Positions 21,901-29,156 of a stretch of DNA of 59,905 nucleotides are shown piece after piece. Numbering within the stretch: the stretch's first letter is position 1; each line of letters opens with the position of its first letter. The position numbers were made by a program, and so were the translations under genes. Source of the stretch: a bacterium. GTDB lineage: Bacteria; Patescibacteriota; Saccharimonadia; Saccharimonadales; SZUA-47. The notes below the pieces were generated by a model. It was not told the DNA's origin and searched no databases. It was given only the letters and a program-made list of their open reading frames with translations. The DNA lies in contig JAUIBQ010000005.1 of the NCBI GenBank assembly GCA_030427445.1, positions 1 through 59,905 of the forward strand, given 5' to 3'.

Positions 21901-22891
21901 TGGTAGATGGTACACGGATGCCGCTAATAGCTACATTGCTAATGTAAGAAACAATCTTGACAATAGAGTTTGGGAAACAACTGCATTTAGAAATGCACAG
22001 CCAACGAATACAATACCAGGTAATTCAACCCCTCCTTCTGATACCACACCACCATCAGTAGCCATTACGGCTCCTAACAATAATTCATCGGTAGCAGGTA
22101 CAATAACTGTTACAGCAAACGCCTCTGATGATAGTGAAGTCTCTCGTGTGTCATTCTACTTGGATGGTTCAAATACAGCATTTAGTAATGACTCTACTGC
22201 GCCATACAGTGCTCAGTGGAATTCTGCAAATGTTTCCAATGGTCAGCACACTATTCGCGCTGTCGCAACTGACACATCGGGTAATATCGCATCGTCGTCT
22301 AGTATTACGATTAATGTGAACAATGTTAGTCCAGACACGCAAGCACCAGCTGTAGTCATAACGTCGCCAACTAACAACTCGACAGTGTATGGCACGGTGG
22401 TTGTTCAGATAAATGCGACAGATAATGTTGGAGTCAGCAAAGTAGACCTAGTAGTTAACGGCTCTGCGTCAGCTACAGATACCACTTCTCCTTACCGATT
22501 CTCTGTAGATACAACAAAACTAAGTGAAGGCACTCACCAGCTTAGTGCTCGTGCGTACGATGCAGCAGGAAATAATACCTACGCATCGGTCATTACGATT
22601 ACAGTTGATAACTTGCCGGAACCACCACAGCTGTGTGTTGATCAGAATGCAAATAACTACAATCAGCCTTTGCCATGTACCTACGACCCTGAACCTGAGC
22701 AACCAACAGATCCGACACCTACTCCGGGTGATGTAAACGGTGACGATGTCATAGATCGAAACGATTTGAGAATTGCTCGTTACTACTACAGATTAATCGT
22801 AGCTATATTCACAAATGGTGACATGAACGGTGACGGTCGAGTGGACAGAGAAGATCTAAGAATAATACGTTACTACTATAGGAGAATTTAA
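18965..22891 (+). CDS. Large exported modular protein: FN3, unknown beta domain, Ig-like, lysozyme/SLT-like, two Ig (Big_7-like), C-terminal dockerin
   Basis: N-terminal TM; FN3 (PQNVRA...VTW...GYYITY...YEIRV); WAACKWG.DED..RAQ..QES.W and SYGLSQV; DTTPPSV Ig repeats; duplicated GDVNGDD/GDMNGDG. Confidence 0.75.
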   Translation: MKLFKKRNKTFSKKFFNTKKALIFVGLFALIGVGFIFNSLAATSLTIDSSLPVPQNVRAFPDDKNIIVTWDNMQHPNVNTRVVGYYITYREKGTSEWKVAQQQVNRDTKYNIDYQTAVQLQPLKNGTQYEIRVQSVSGTAQSYRNGTYSAHPNDSSTFYRGDGRVSNVSNTITSTPSSARVDDMRNRLTGFFDDFERPAGPFDELKWNNATTACIVPGTAAAFLNDQFHTHNQIRSLCDRAGMASRPRATFDISNATESNPAIIQFDIDGASQPRDTWYLDFIPLSARPQTNLPIDITSHNDLFDGDSEDPGNMVRINAKLDDVDFTYYQPNRSPGGLSDASQSGLPSPSMRSPLPVPDLPPTAIPNVRNHWLIEVTPTRMRVIINGQVVATKALPTAFTSQKKFTLHSTIFSYNTGKQYYQVTPFVQLFHWDNFGFSGPAPTEVIHNYLEGGPSGDTPVFSTTYDTNKSIPEKSRTTVIPIPDNIGNLKNGKARLYFTMQDLSNLSYDPYNWSSSQNIVVNGKSYAFPDPRLNMNNPKPYPPSNFDGIVGGYVPMSTAIEINQADLIKGDNTVRFNLGNSSVLNVHLELPYDTSNPNIPNYTQPLEVFGSKYSEIVRPPLTVCDKYWFIERDLGLPYEVGKNNLDVTKGCAMLNGHSNTTPDPGEEHDPTPTNASPTGTLNTSVSSATAPASYTVIANGSDSDGSVSKIEIRENGASVRTCNNATSCSFNASNKQTATYSYNAVITDDDGATTTTSTRTVTVSAPTPPPTSNRFQTLPVNASLPSDAECSSRVRSVAEIRPANAVPNSTRGVGGNYINQRVTGNYTGTTDEIIQWAACKWGMDEDILRAQMVQESYWHQSAIGDFTNQGQSYCSPIYPVGSYSPQYNGDNNHTNECPESYGLSQVRWTYHKSGFYSSTNESQANLTNNAIYSTAYNVDYWGSVWRTCYNGDYGWLNTVEKGRDYAAGDEWGCLGMWFSGRWYTDAANSYIANVRNNLDNRVWETTAFRNAQPTNTIPGNSTPPSDTTPPSVAITAPNNNSSVAGTITVTANASDDSEVSRVSFYLDGSNTAFSNDSTAPYSAQWNSANVSNGQHTIRAVATDTSGNIASSSSITINVNNVSPDTQAPAVVITSPTNNSTVYGTVVVQINATDNVGVSKVDLVVNGSASATDTTSPYRFSVDTTKLSEGTHQLSARAYDAAGNNTYASVITITVDNLPEPPQLCVDQNANNYNQPLPCTYDPEPEQPTDPTPTPGDVNGDDVIDRNDLRIARYYYRLIVAIFTNGDMNGDGRVDREDLRIIRYYYRRI

Positions 22892-22892
22892 G

Positions 22893-24068
22893 GTGGTCAA
22901 TACAATAACTAAGAAGACGTTCCTGTTTGTAACTGCATTATTACTGTCTATCACTATGTTGTTGCCAGCGCAGGTAAGTGCTGCAAATGTACAGATGAAC
23001 CTTTCTAGCTCTGCAAGCACCGTGGTTGAAGGAGATACATTTAATGTTTCTGTCAGATTGGCACTCGGTTCTAGTCAAAGTTTTGATGCACTTGCGACGG
23101 TTTCGTACGACAGCAGCAAAGTCCAGTATCTTTCTGCTGATTACTCACTAAGCAGTGAATATGGTTCTGCAGGCCCTGATGATGGACCAATAAATAATTC
23201 TAGCTACCGCGTCGACGGATGGTTTGAGAAAAAAACAGCAACTGATACGGTAACTATTGCCACGCTTCGGTTTAAAGCTCTGACTTCATCTGGCTCAACT
23301 AACTTTTCACTTTCAGATGCCGATGTGAGTGACGCTGGTTCACCGCCACCTGCTGAGCATTCAGTCAGTACAAGTGGAGTGAGCGTCTCGTTCAAAGAAA
23401 AACCAGTCGTTACGCCTAGCTCTAATCAGCAGCCTGCGTCAGGCAGTAGTGCTCAGCCAGCGACAGGCGTGCCAAGCTCTGAAGAGTCAGAAGCAAATGC
23501 ACAGTACGATGATGACCAGCCAGTTGAAGCGAATGAACTAGCTGACAGTGCCACATATGATATCGCAATCGCAATCTATGATGATTCTGGGTTAACAAAA
23601 GACGGCGTTAGTGTACGGATAAATGATACGGAGTCGCAAACAGATGATGAAGGTGTTGCACGATTCTCTGGATTGAGTGCTGGAGTATACACAGTGTCAG
23701 TTGACGGTACCGACCAGGAGATAGAGGTGTTAGTAGGAGATCCTGAGGTAGAGCAGCTGTACACAATTACTGTTGATGGGTCGGACAGCTTACTGTCACG
23801 TGTCCAAGATTACGCACTACCGATAGCAATCGGGCTTGCCGTGTTAGCAGTTATCGTTTTACTAGCACTGTCTTTGAAAACGTATATCTCAAAGAAAAAG
23901 ATGCTTTCATCAGGCGGTGACCCAGCAGTGCTATCAAGCATGGAGACCAACCAGAGTGCTGAAGATCAAGAAGCTACAGAAGAAGCAAAGAGAATGGAAG
24001 AATTTCTCAAGCCTAATCCGCCATCAGCAGAAACTGTCATCCGACCTGACGAAAACAGGGAAGATTAA
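22893..24068 (+). CDS. Cohesin-domain, membrane-anchored protein
   Basis: Signal peptide; GDTFNVSV...VSYDSSKVQY...IATLRFKA cohesin pattern; S/P linker; prealbumin-like domain; TM anchor. Confidence 0.72.
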   Translation: MVNTITKKTFLFVTALLLSITMLLPAQVSAANVQMNLSSSASTVVEGDTFNVSVRLALGSSQSFDALATVSYDSSKVQYLSADYSLSSEYGSAGPDDGPINNSSYRVDGWFEKKTATDTVTIATLRFKALTSSGSTNFSLSDADVSDAGSPPPAEHSVSTSGVSVSFKEKPVVTPSSNQQPASGSSAQPATGVPSSEESEANAQYDDDQPVEANELADSATYDIAIAIYDDSGLTKDGVSVRINDTESQTDDEGVARFSGLSAGVYTVSVDGTDQEIEVLVGDPEVEQLYTITVDGSDSLLSRVQDYALPIAIGLAVLAVIVLLALSLKTYISKKKMLSSGGDPAVLSSMETNQSAEDQEATEEAKRMEEFLKPNPPSAETVIRPDENRED

Positions 24069-24107
24069 TTGTTTTGTATTATCAACTATCGCTGTACAAT
24101 ATAATTC

Positions 24108-25082
24108 ATGATTATTGATATTCTTATCTTGGTTGCAGCGCTCGCTGGAGTGGTAAAAGGTGCTGACTGGTTCTTAAACTCTGCAGAAAAAGTCGGAGTG
24201 AGCATCGGCTTACCGCCGTTTATCTTAGGCGTGATACTCGTTGGGTTTGGCACAAGCTTGCCTGAACTCGCAACATCTATCGCTGCTGTAGCAGATGGCG
24301 TGAATGACGTGTCAATCGCAAATGTGGCAGGTTCAAATATCGCTAATATCTTTTTGATACTCGGTATCGCGACAATTGTAATGGGCACGATTAAGTTTGA
24401 TAAAGATCTGATAGATCTGGACGTGCCATTACTGCTCGGTGTGACAGTGCTATTTGGTTTGTTAGTGATAGACGGTAGTTTAAGTATGTTTGATGGGTTG
24501 GTGCTCCTTACTGTTTTTGCTTTTTACATTATGTATTCTCTTGGGTATCGTGAAGATAAAGAACACCATAAAGGGCTTGTGGCGCTTATCTCTGCACTGA
24601 GTCGTGGGCCTAAGCAAAAGGTAGAAAAGAAACAAAATTTGATCGGTCCATACACGATACTTGTACTAATCTTTTCCGTAATACTGCTCGGGGCTTCTTC
24701 AAAGTTTGCTGTAGATTCACTCTTGAGGATTGTCGAACAGGTGAGCGTCGGTGTCGGAGTGTTGAGCTTCTTTGCGTTAGCGATAGGTACGAGTTTGCCG
24801 GAGTTGACGGTCACCATTAAGTCGCTTAAAGCGGGTAAAGGCGATATCGTCGTTGGAAATATCATCGGTTCTTGTATGTTTAACATGTTACTTATCGGTG
24901 GCGTCGCGAGTGTATTCAAGGTTCAGGTTGTAGACCCAGCGCTCTTGCCGTGGATGATCGGCGGAATGATCATTTCTGTACTGCTTATAAACACAAGTAC
25001 GATTAGTAAACGCATCCACGTCTGGGAGGGCGTAGTATTTGTGCTGCTGTATGTCACATTAGCGACAAAGATTATAGGCTAA
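24108..25082 (+). CDS. Ca2+/Na+ antiporter (YrbG/CaCA family)
   Basis: Two alpha-repeats GTSLPEL, plus GSNIAN and GNIIGS. Confidence 0.92.
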   Translation: MIIDILILVAALAGVVKGADWFLNSAEKVGVSIGLPPFILGVILVGFGTSLPELATSIAAVADGVNDVSIANVAGSNIANIFLILGIATIVMGTIKFDKDLIDLDVPLLLGVTVLFGLLVIDGSLSMFDGLVLLTVFAFYIMYSLGYREDKEHHKGLVALISALSRGPKQKVEKKQNLIGPYTILVLIFSVILLGASSKFAVDSLLRIVEQVSVGVGVLSFFALAIGTSLPELTVTIKSLKAGKGDIVVGNIIGSCMFNMLLIGGVASVFKVQVVDPALLPWMIGGMIISVLLINTSTISKRIHVWEGVVFVLLYVTLATKIIG

Positions 25083-25117
25083 GGAAGAAAAAGTAACTAT
25101 TCTAACTTTTTTTATTT

Positions 25118-26866
25118 GTGACACGACTACAATTACTATCAAGAATGAATACTCAAATTAATAGAATTTGGTTAACCTGTGGCTTGGTCTTCTCAGCGAT
25201 TATGCTCGTTGTGCTCATTTCTTTTTTCGTAACAAGAAACACAGTTGATCGAGAGCTAAATATTCGAGTGGATGATTACGCGAGCATCACTCAAGATTTA
25301 ATCGACGATGAATTAAAAAGTAGTGAAGATAATCTCTGGGCAGGCGCTGGTTTACTAAATTCTAGTGAAGTACAGCTGACTAACGAGGAATGGTCGGAGT
25401 TCTATGAGCAATCGGGTATACAAGACAGGTTTGCAGGTGTGCGCGGGTTGGGTTATGCGGAGATTGTGAATCGTATAGATCTTTCGGATTTTGAAAACGA
25501 CTATGATGTAGCCGTTTATCCAGAATCAGAAAACAGCGTGACTGCAAATGTGGTCTATCTGTATCCAAATCTTGGAAACAACAGAAATGTCCTCGGGTTT
25601 GACATGTACTCAAACGACATAAGAAGAGAAGCCATGTTTCTCGCAAGAGATACAAATGAAGCTTTCATGACAAAACCTACAGTATTAGTGCAACGCAGTG
25701 ATGCAACAGGTGAACCGGAGCTTGGGTTTATTTTGTATGTACCTCGGTATACAAGGAATGCCGATCGAGAGACGTTAGATGAAAGGCGTGAGAACATTAA
25801 GGGCTATGTGTATTCAGTTTTCACAGCAAAAGATTTCTTGTCTTCAGCACTACTAAGACAAAGTGATGATAGGTTTTCATATCAGGTGATGGTCGATGAT
25901 ATGGTGTTGTACGAAGAAGCTGAGTTTGCAGAAATGCAGACTGGAGATTTTCAGGAGCAGGTCATTAGTTCGACATTAAAAGGCGTAGATTTTGATATTC
26001 GTTATGTCTACAACCCTAGTGAAATCCTGCCTAACTCAATTCGCTCGCAACCAGTATCGGTTTTGTTAATTGGTGTTACCGGCGCTTCGTTAGCAACGTT
26101 TTTAACCTGGCTACTACTCAGCAACAGGAACAAGGAACTATTGCTCGAAAAAGAACGTGATATTAATGATGCAAAAGACAGCCTTTTGTCTATCGCATCT
26201 CACCAGCTTCGTACACCTGCAACAGGTGTAAAGCAGGATTTAGGGATGGTGCTTCAAGGTATGGCCGGCGATGTTAGCGATACACAAAGAAACTTCTTAG
26301 AAAAAGCTTACGAAAGTAATGACCGACAGCTGAAAACCATAAATGATGTACTGTACTTAGCTCGTTTAGAGGCTGGCAGAATTGTACTTTCAAAAACAAA
26401 GATAAAAATGCGCACAATTCTCTATTCTTTGATTGAAGAAATGCATGACAATATTGAAGAAAATAATCATAAATTGGTCGTCAAAGCTCCTAAAAAAGCA
26501 GTGTATGTTTGGGCGGATGAACACATGGTTCGCATGATCTTAGAAAACTTATTGTCAAACGCCATCAAATACACACCAGAGGGTGGGAAGATTAAAGTAG
26601 TTCTGAGGAAGAGTAAAGGTGGCATAAAAGTAAGCGTAGAAGACAGTGGAGTCGGGATTAAAGACGACCAAAAAGACGAGATATTTAAGCAGTTTAGTAG
26701 AGTCGGAAACTCGCTTTCTAAATCTGTATCAGGCAGCGGAGTGGGGCTGTATTTAGTTAAAAATCTAGTTGAAATGCATGAGGGTGAGATAACGGTCGAA
26801 TCAGATGGGGAAAATGGCTCTACCTTTACGGTGTATTTACCGACAAATAAACCAATAAAAACGTAA
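25118..26866 (+). CDS. CHASE-domain sensor histidine kinase (likely start 25145)
   Basis: CHASE motifs (GLGYA, YLYP, LGFDMYS..RREAM..ARDT); SHQLRTP H-box; N, G1 and G2 boxes. Confidence 0.9.
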   Translation: MTRLQLLSRMNTQINRIWLTCGLVFSAIMLVVLISFFVTRNTVDRELNIRVDDYASITQDLIDDELKSSEDNLWAGAGLLNSSEVQLTNEEWSEFYEQSGIQDRFAGVRGLGYAEIVNRIDLSDFENDYDVAVYPESENSVTANVVYLYPNLGNNRNVLGFDMYSNDIRREAMFLARDTNEAFMTKPTVLVQRSDATGEPELGFILYVPRYTRNADRETLDERRENIKGYVYSVFTAKDFLSSALLRQSDDRFSYQVMVDDMVLYEEAEFAEMQTGDFQEQVISSTLKGVDFDIRYVYNPSEILPNSIRSQPVSVLLIGVTGASLATFLTWLLLSNRNKELLLEKERDINDAKDSLLSIASHQLRTPATGVKQDLGMVLQGMAGDVSDTQRNFLEKAYESNDRQLKTINDVLYLARLEAGRIVLSKTKIKMRTILYSLIEEMHDNIEENNHKLVVKAPKKAVYVWADEHMVRMILENLLSNAIKYTPEGGKIKVVLRKSKGGIKVSVEDSGVGIKDDQKDEIFKQFSRVGNSLSKSVSGSGVGLYLVKNLVEMHEGEITVESDGENGSTFTVYLPTNKPIKT

Positions 26867-26904
26867 TATTTCTTACAGGAGTCTGCACACGCAGGAAATA
26901 CAAT
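26862..26904 (+). promoter_or_regulatory. Class II Crp-type promoter: CGTAA-N6-TTACA box plus TACAAT -10 (leaderless)
   Basis: Box starts 37 bp before the -10 hexamer (centre -41.5); ATG at the predicted +1 (26911). Confidence 0.65.
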
Positions 26905-26910
26905 ATAGTC

Positions 26911-27297
26911 ATGACGAAAAAATCAAACAAAACTATCTTGATAGTCGAAGACGAATCAGTGCTCAATGAGGCATATCAAATCACGCTTGCGCAGGCTGGA
27001 TACGATATTATCTCAGCTTTTGATGGGAAGGAAGCCCTGGAGCTCGTTGAGGAAGTATCGCCTGACATAATTTTGCTTGATCTACGTATGCCGGTACTCG
27101 ATGGTATAGGGTTTTTAAAAGAGTTTGATTCAGAAGCTCATCCGAAGACAAAAATAATTGTATTTAGTAATTATGACATGCAAAAAGAGATCGATGAGGC
27201 CTATGAGCTGGGTGCCGACAAATATATCCTTAAAGCGTGGGCGTCACCGAAAGAACTGATAAAAATAGTCAAAGATACTCTCGAGCAGTCAGACTAA
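26911..27297 (+). CDS. Single-domain response regulator (CheY-like receiver)
   Basis: VEDE, LLDLRMP, SN and K motifs. Confidence 0.92.
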   Translation: MTKKSNKTILIVEDESVLNEAYQITLAQAGYDIISAFDGKEALELVEEVSPDIILLDLRMPVLDGIGFLKEFDSEAHPKTKIIVFSNYDMQKEIDEAYELGADKYILKAWASPKELIKIVKDTLEQSD

Positions 27298-27306
27298 ATT
27301 ATCTCA

Positions 27307-28002
27307 CTATCGTTTCTCAACTAACTCAGAAAATCCATCTTCACCGACAGCTTGTTCGAGTTTTTGTTTGTTTACTGTATAGATTTTTTTGCTGTAACTT
27401 AAAACACCTTTTTGCTTAAGACTACTTAGCTCAGTAGCGGTTGTCTCACGAGTCAAACCGACGAGCGCAGAGATTGTCGCATGGGTGAGCTTGATGTTAA
27501 TTGTATAGTCATGATCACTGCCTTGTTGCTTTTCACCAAACTGGTAGAGCAAGTAATAAAGCGTGAACAAGATTTTCTCAGTGGCTCTTGATTGTTCCAG
27601 AGCTGTTACTCGCATAAGCAATGAGTCTTGGTCCTGAGCTAGTTTATTAATTATATAATCTCTGAAATCATCATTCGATGTAATTGCTTTTTGGATGCTG
27701 GCTCTTAAGATACTCGTGGCCTCACAGAATTCCACCGTTTCGTAGTAGAAGGGGCTGCTCGATGTTTTGTTAAATAGCCAAGACATCGGTAAAAAATCAC
27801 CAGGCCCTAAAAACGCAGCTATTTGTTCATCACCTGACTTCTGCAAAGTATAGACTTTAACGGCACCTTTCGTAATTAAATATCCGCTGCGGGGCACTTC
27901 GCCCTGATAAATAAGTGTTGATCCTTCTTTAAACAGGCGTTTTGTGCCGTCAAATAATGCTGCAATTTCGTTTATTCTCATCTGTTTATTAGTGTAACCC
28001 AA
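27307..28002 (-). CDS. Crp/Fnr-family transcriptional regulator
   Basis: cNMP-binding domain (YQGE, GAVKVY, GPGDF); HTH LTHATISALVGLTRETT. Confidence 0.92.
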   Translation of the reverse strand: MGYTNKQMRINEIAALFDGTKRLFKEGSTLIYQGEVPRSGYLITKGAVKVYTLQKSGDEQIAAFLGPGDFLPMSWLFNKTSSSPFYYETVEFCEATSILRASIQKAITSNDDFRDYIINKLAQDQDSLLMRVTALEQSRATEKILFTLYYLLYQFGEKQQGSDHDYTINIKLTHATISALVGLTRETTATELSSLKQKGVLSYSKKIYTVNKQKLEQAVGEDGFSELVEKR

Positions 28003-28018
28003 CTACTGGTAATTAAAA

Positions 28019-28084
28019 AGTAAGAATATTAACAGGATTTTTGTCAATGTCTTCACCGCGCGCAACCACGCTTAGAACTATGAT
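28019..28084 (+). promoter_or_regulatory. Tandem Crp-like boxes (28019-28034, 28042-28057) plus TATGAT -10
   Basis: AGTAA-N6-TAACA and TGTCA-N6-TCACC, 23 bp apart; proximal box 37 bp before the -10. Confidence 0.55.
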
Positions 28085-28126
28085 GAATATACTTTCAAAA
28101 CTAGTACAAAAGCGAAAGGATTTATA

Positions 28127-28372
28127 ATGAGTAAGAAAGAACTACTATCATCGTATAAAACATCACTGAACTTTTCATTAGTTAGCATGACTGTAAGTTG
28201 CATGGGCTTACTGGGATTGCTAGTCTTTAATAACCAAGAAGCAATTCGATTATTTTTCTATCAGCCATTGTTGTTTGCAGCAATATCAGGAGCATTATCT
28301 TTTGTCGCAGTTCCTTTAATCGCGTTGCTACTATCGTTTCTTAAAAGCAAGAAAACATACTCTGCAGCTTAA
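28127..28372 (+). CDS. Small two-TM hypothetical protein
   Basis: AAGGA RBS; two hydrophobic helices. Confidence 0.65.
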   Translation: MSKKELLSSYKTSLNFSLVSMTVSCMGLLGLLVFNNQEAIRLFFYQPLLFAAISGALSFVAVPLIALLLSFLKSKKTYSAA

Positions 28373-28373
28373 A

Positions 28374-28439
28374 TGTAAGAAAAATAACACGATAACTGTA
28401 GGTTTACTGACGGATTTTAAAAACGCAACATTCTAAGAT
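28374..28439 (+). promoter_or_regulatory. Tandem Crp-like boxes (28374-28389, 28397-28412) plus TAAGAT -10
   Basis: TGTAA-N6-TAACA and TGTAG-N6-TGACG with the same 23/37-bp geometry as 28019-28084. Confidence 0.55.
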
Positions 28440-28473
28440 AGAACCATCAATTAATAATAGGAGAGGAAAGGCA

Positions 28474-28620
28474 ATGAAGAAACTTAGCGAGAAAGAACTC
28501 GACAACAAGATCAACACGTTCTTGAGTAGAAAAAACGCTGAAGTGTTTCATTCTCAGGAAAGCAAGGTTGTCGTTGATTTCGACAGATCAAACAACTTCG
28601 CTGTAGTGAAATTCGCCTAA
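28474..28620 (+). CDS. Small protein, 48 aa (MKKLSEKELDNKINTFLSRK...), not in ORF track
   Basis: AGGAGAGG RBS; open frame to TAA at 28618-28620. Confidence 0.65.
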   Translation: MKKLSEKELDNKINTFLSRKNAEVFHSQESKVVVDFDRSNNFAVVKFA

Positions 28621-28633
28621 ATAGGAGGTCCTC

Positions 28634-28765
28634 ATGATTTTGCGAGAGCTATTATTAAATGTGAATAATAATAAAAACGCTCGAAGCGATAAACCCAAGG
28701 ATAATTGGTTTATCGAACAATATGAAAAGCGTAACGAGAATCCATCCATCTCGTTATATAACTAA
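28634..28765 (+). CDS. Small protein, 43 aa (MILRELLLNV...), not in ORF track
   Basis: AGGAGG RBS; fits exactly between its neighbours. Confidence 0.55.
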   Translation: MILRELLLNVNNNKNARSDKPKDNWFIEQYEKRNENPSISLYN

Positions 28766-28781
28766 AAAAGGAGATTATCTC

Positions 28782-29033
28782 ATGAACATTTTACTATGGA
28801 TTATTTTTGGAGCATTAGCAGGCTGGATAGCTTCCGTGATCGCTGGAACTAATGCAGAACAAGGGGCGATTGGAAACATACTAGTTGGAATTGTCGGTGC
28901 ATTTGTTGGAGGATTCATCATGAGTCTGTTTGGAGAGAGTGGCGTCACAGGCTTTAGTCTGTACAGCCTTGCAGTAGCTATCGGAGGAGCAGTGCTCGTA
29001 TTATTCGCTTGGAAATCAATAGCGACGCGATAG
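28782..29033 (+). CDS. GlsB/YeaQ/YmgE (transglycosylase-associated) stress membrane protein
   Basis: WIIFGALAGWIAS...NILVGIVGAFVGG; AAGGAG RBS supports a start at 28782. Confidence 0.9.
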   Translation: MNILLWIIFGALAGWIASVIAGTNAEQGAIGNILVGIVGAFVGGFIMSLFGESGVTGFSLYSLAVAIGGAVLVLFAWKSIATR

Positions 29034-29060
29034 ACAAACACCTTACACCTTTTTCACTTG

Positions 29061-29092
29061 ATAAGCTTGGGCCACCCTCCCAAGCTTATTTT
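29061..29092 (+). terminator. Rho-independent terminator
   Basis: ATAAGCTTGGG/CCCAAGCTTAT stem followed by a T-run. Confidence 0.75.
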
Positions 29093-29156
29093 ATGTAGCG
29101 ACGTACACAAGCACAATGCTATACTCGGTTTAAGAAGTAAATAAGGAATTTTTTAT

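Noticed and set aside
28722-28781. N-terminal extension of the GlsB/YeaQ ORF
   Set aside because: A strong SD precedes ATG 28782, and the extension overlaps the 43-aa ORF.
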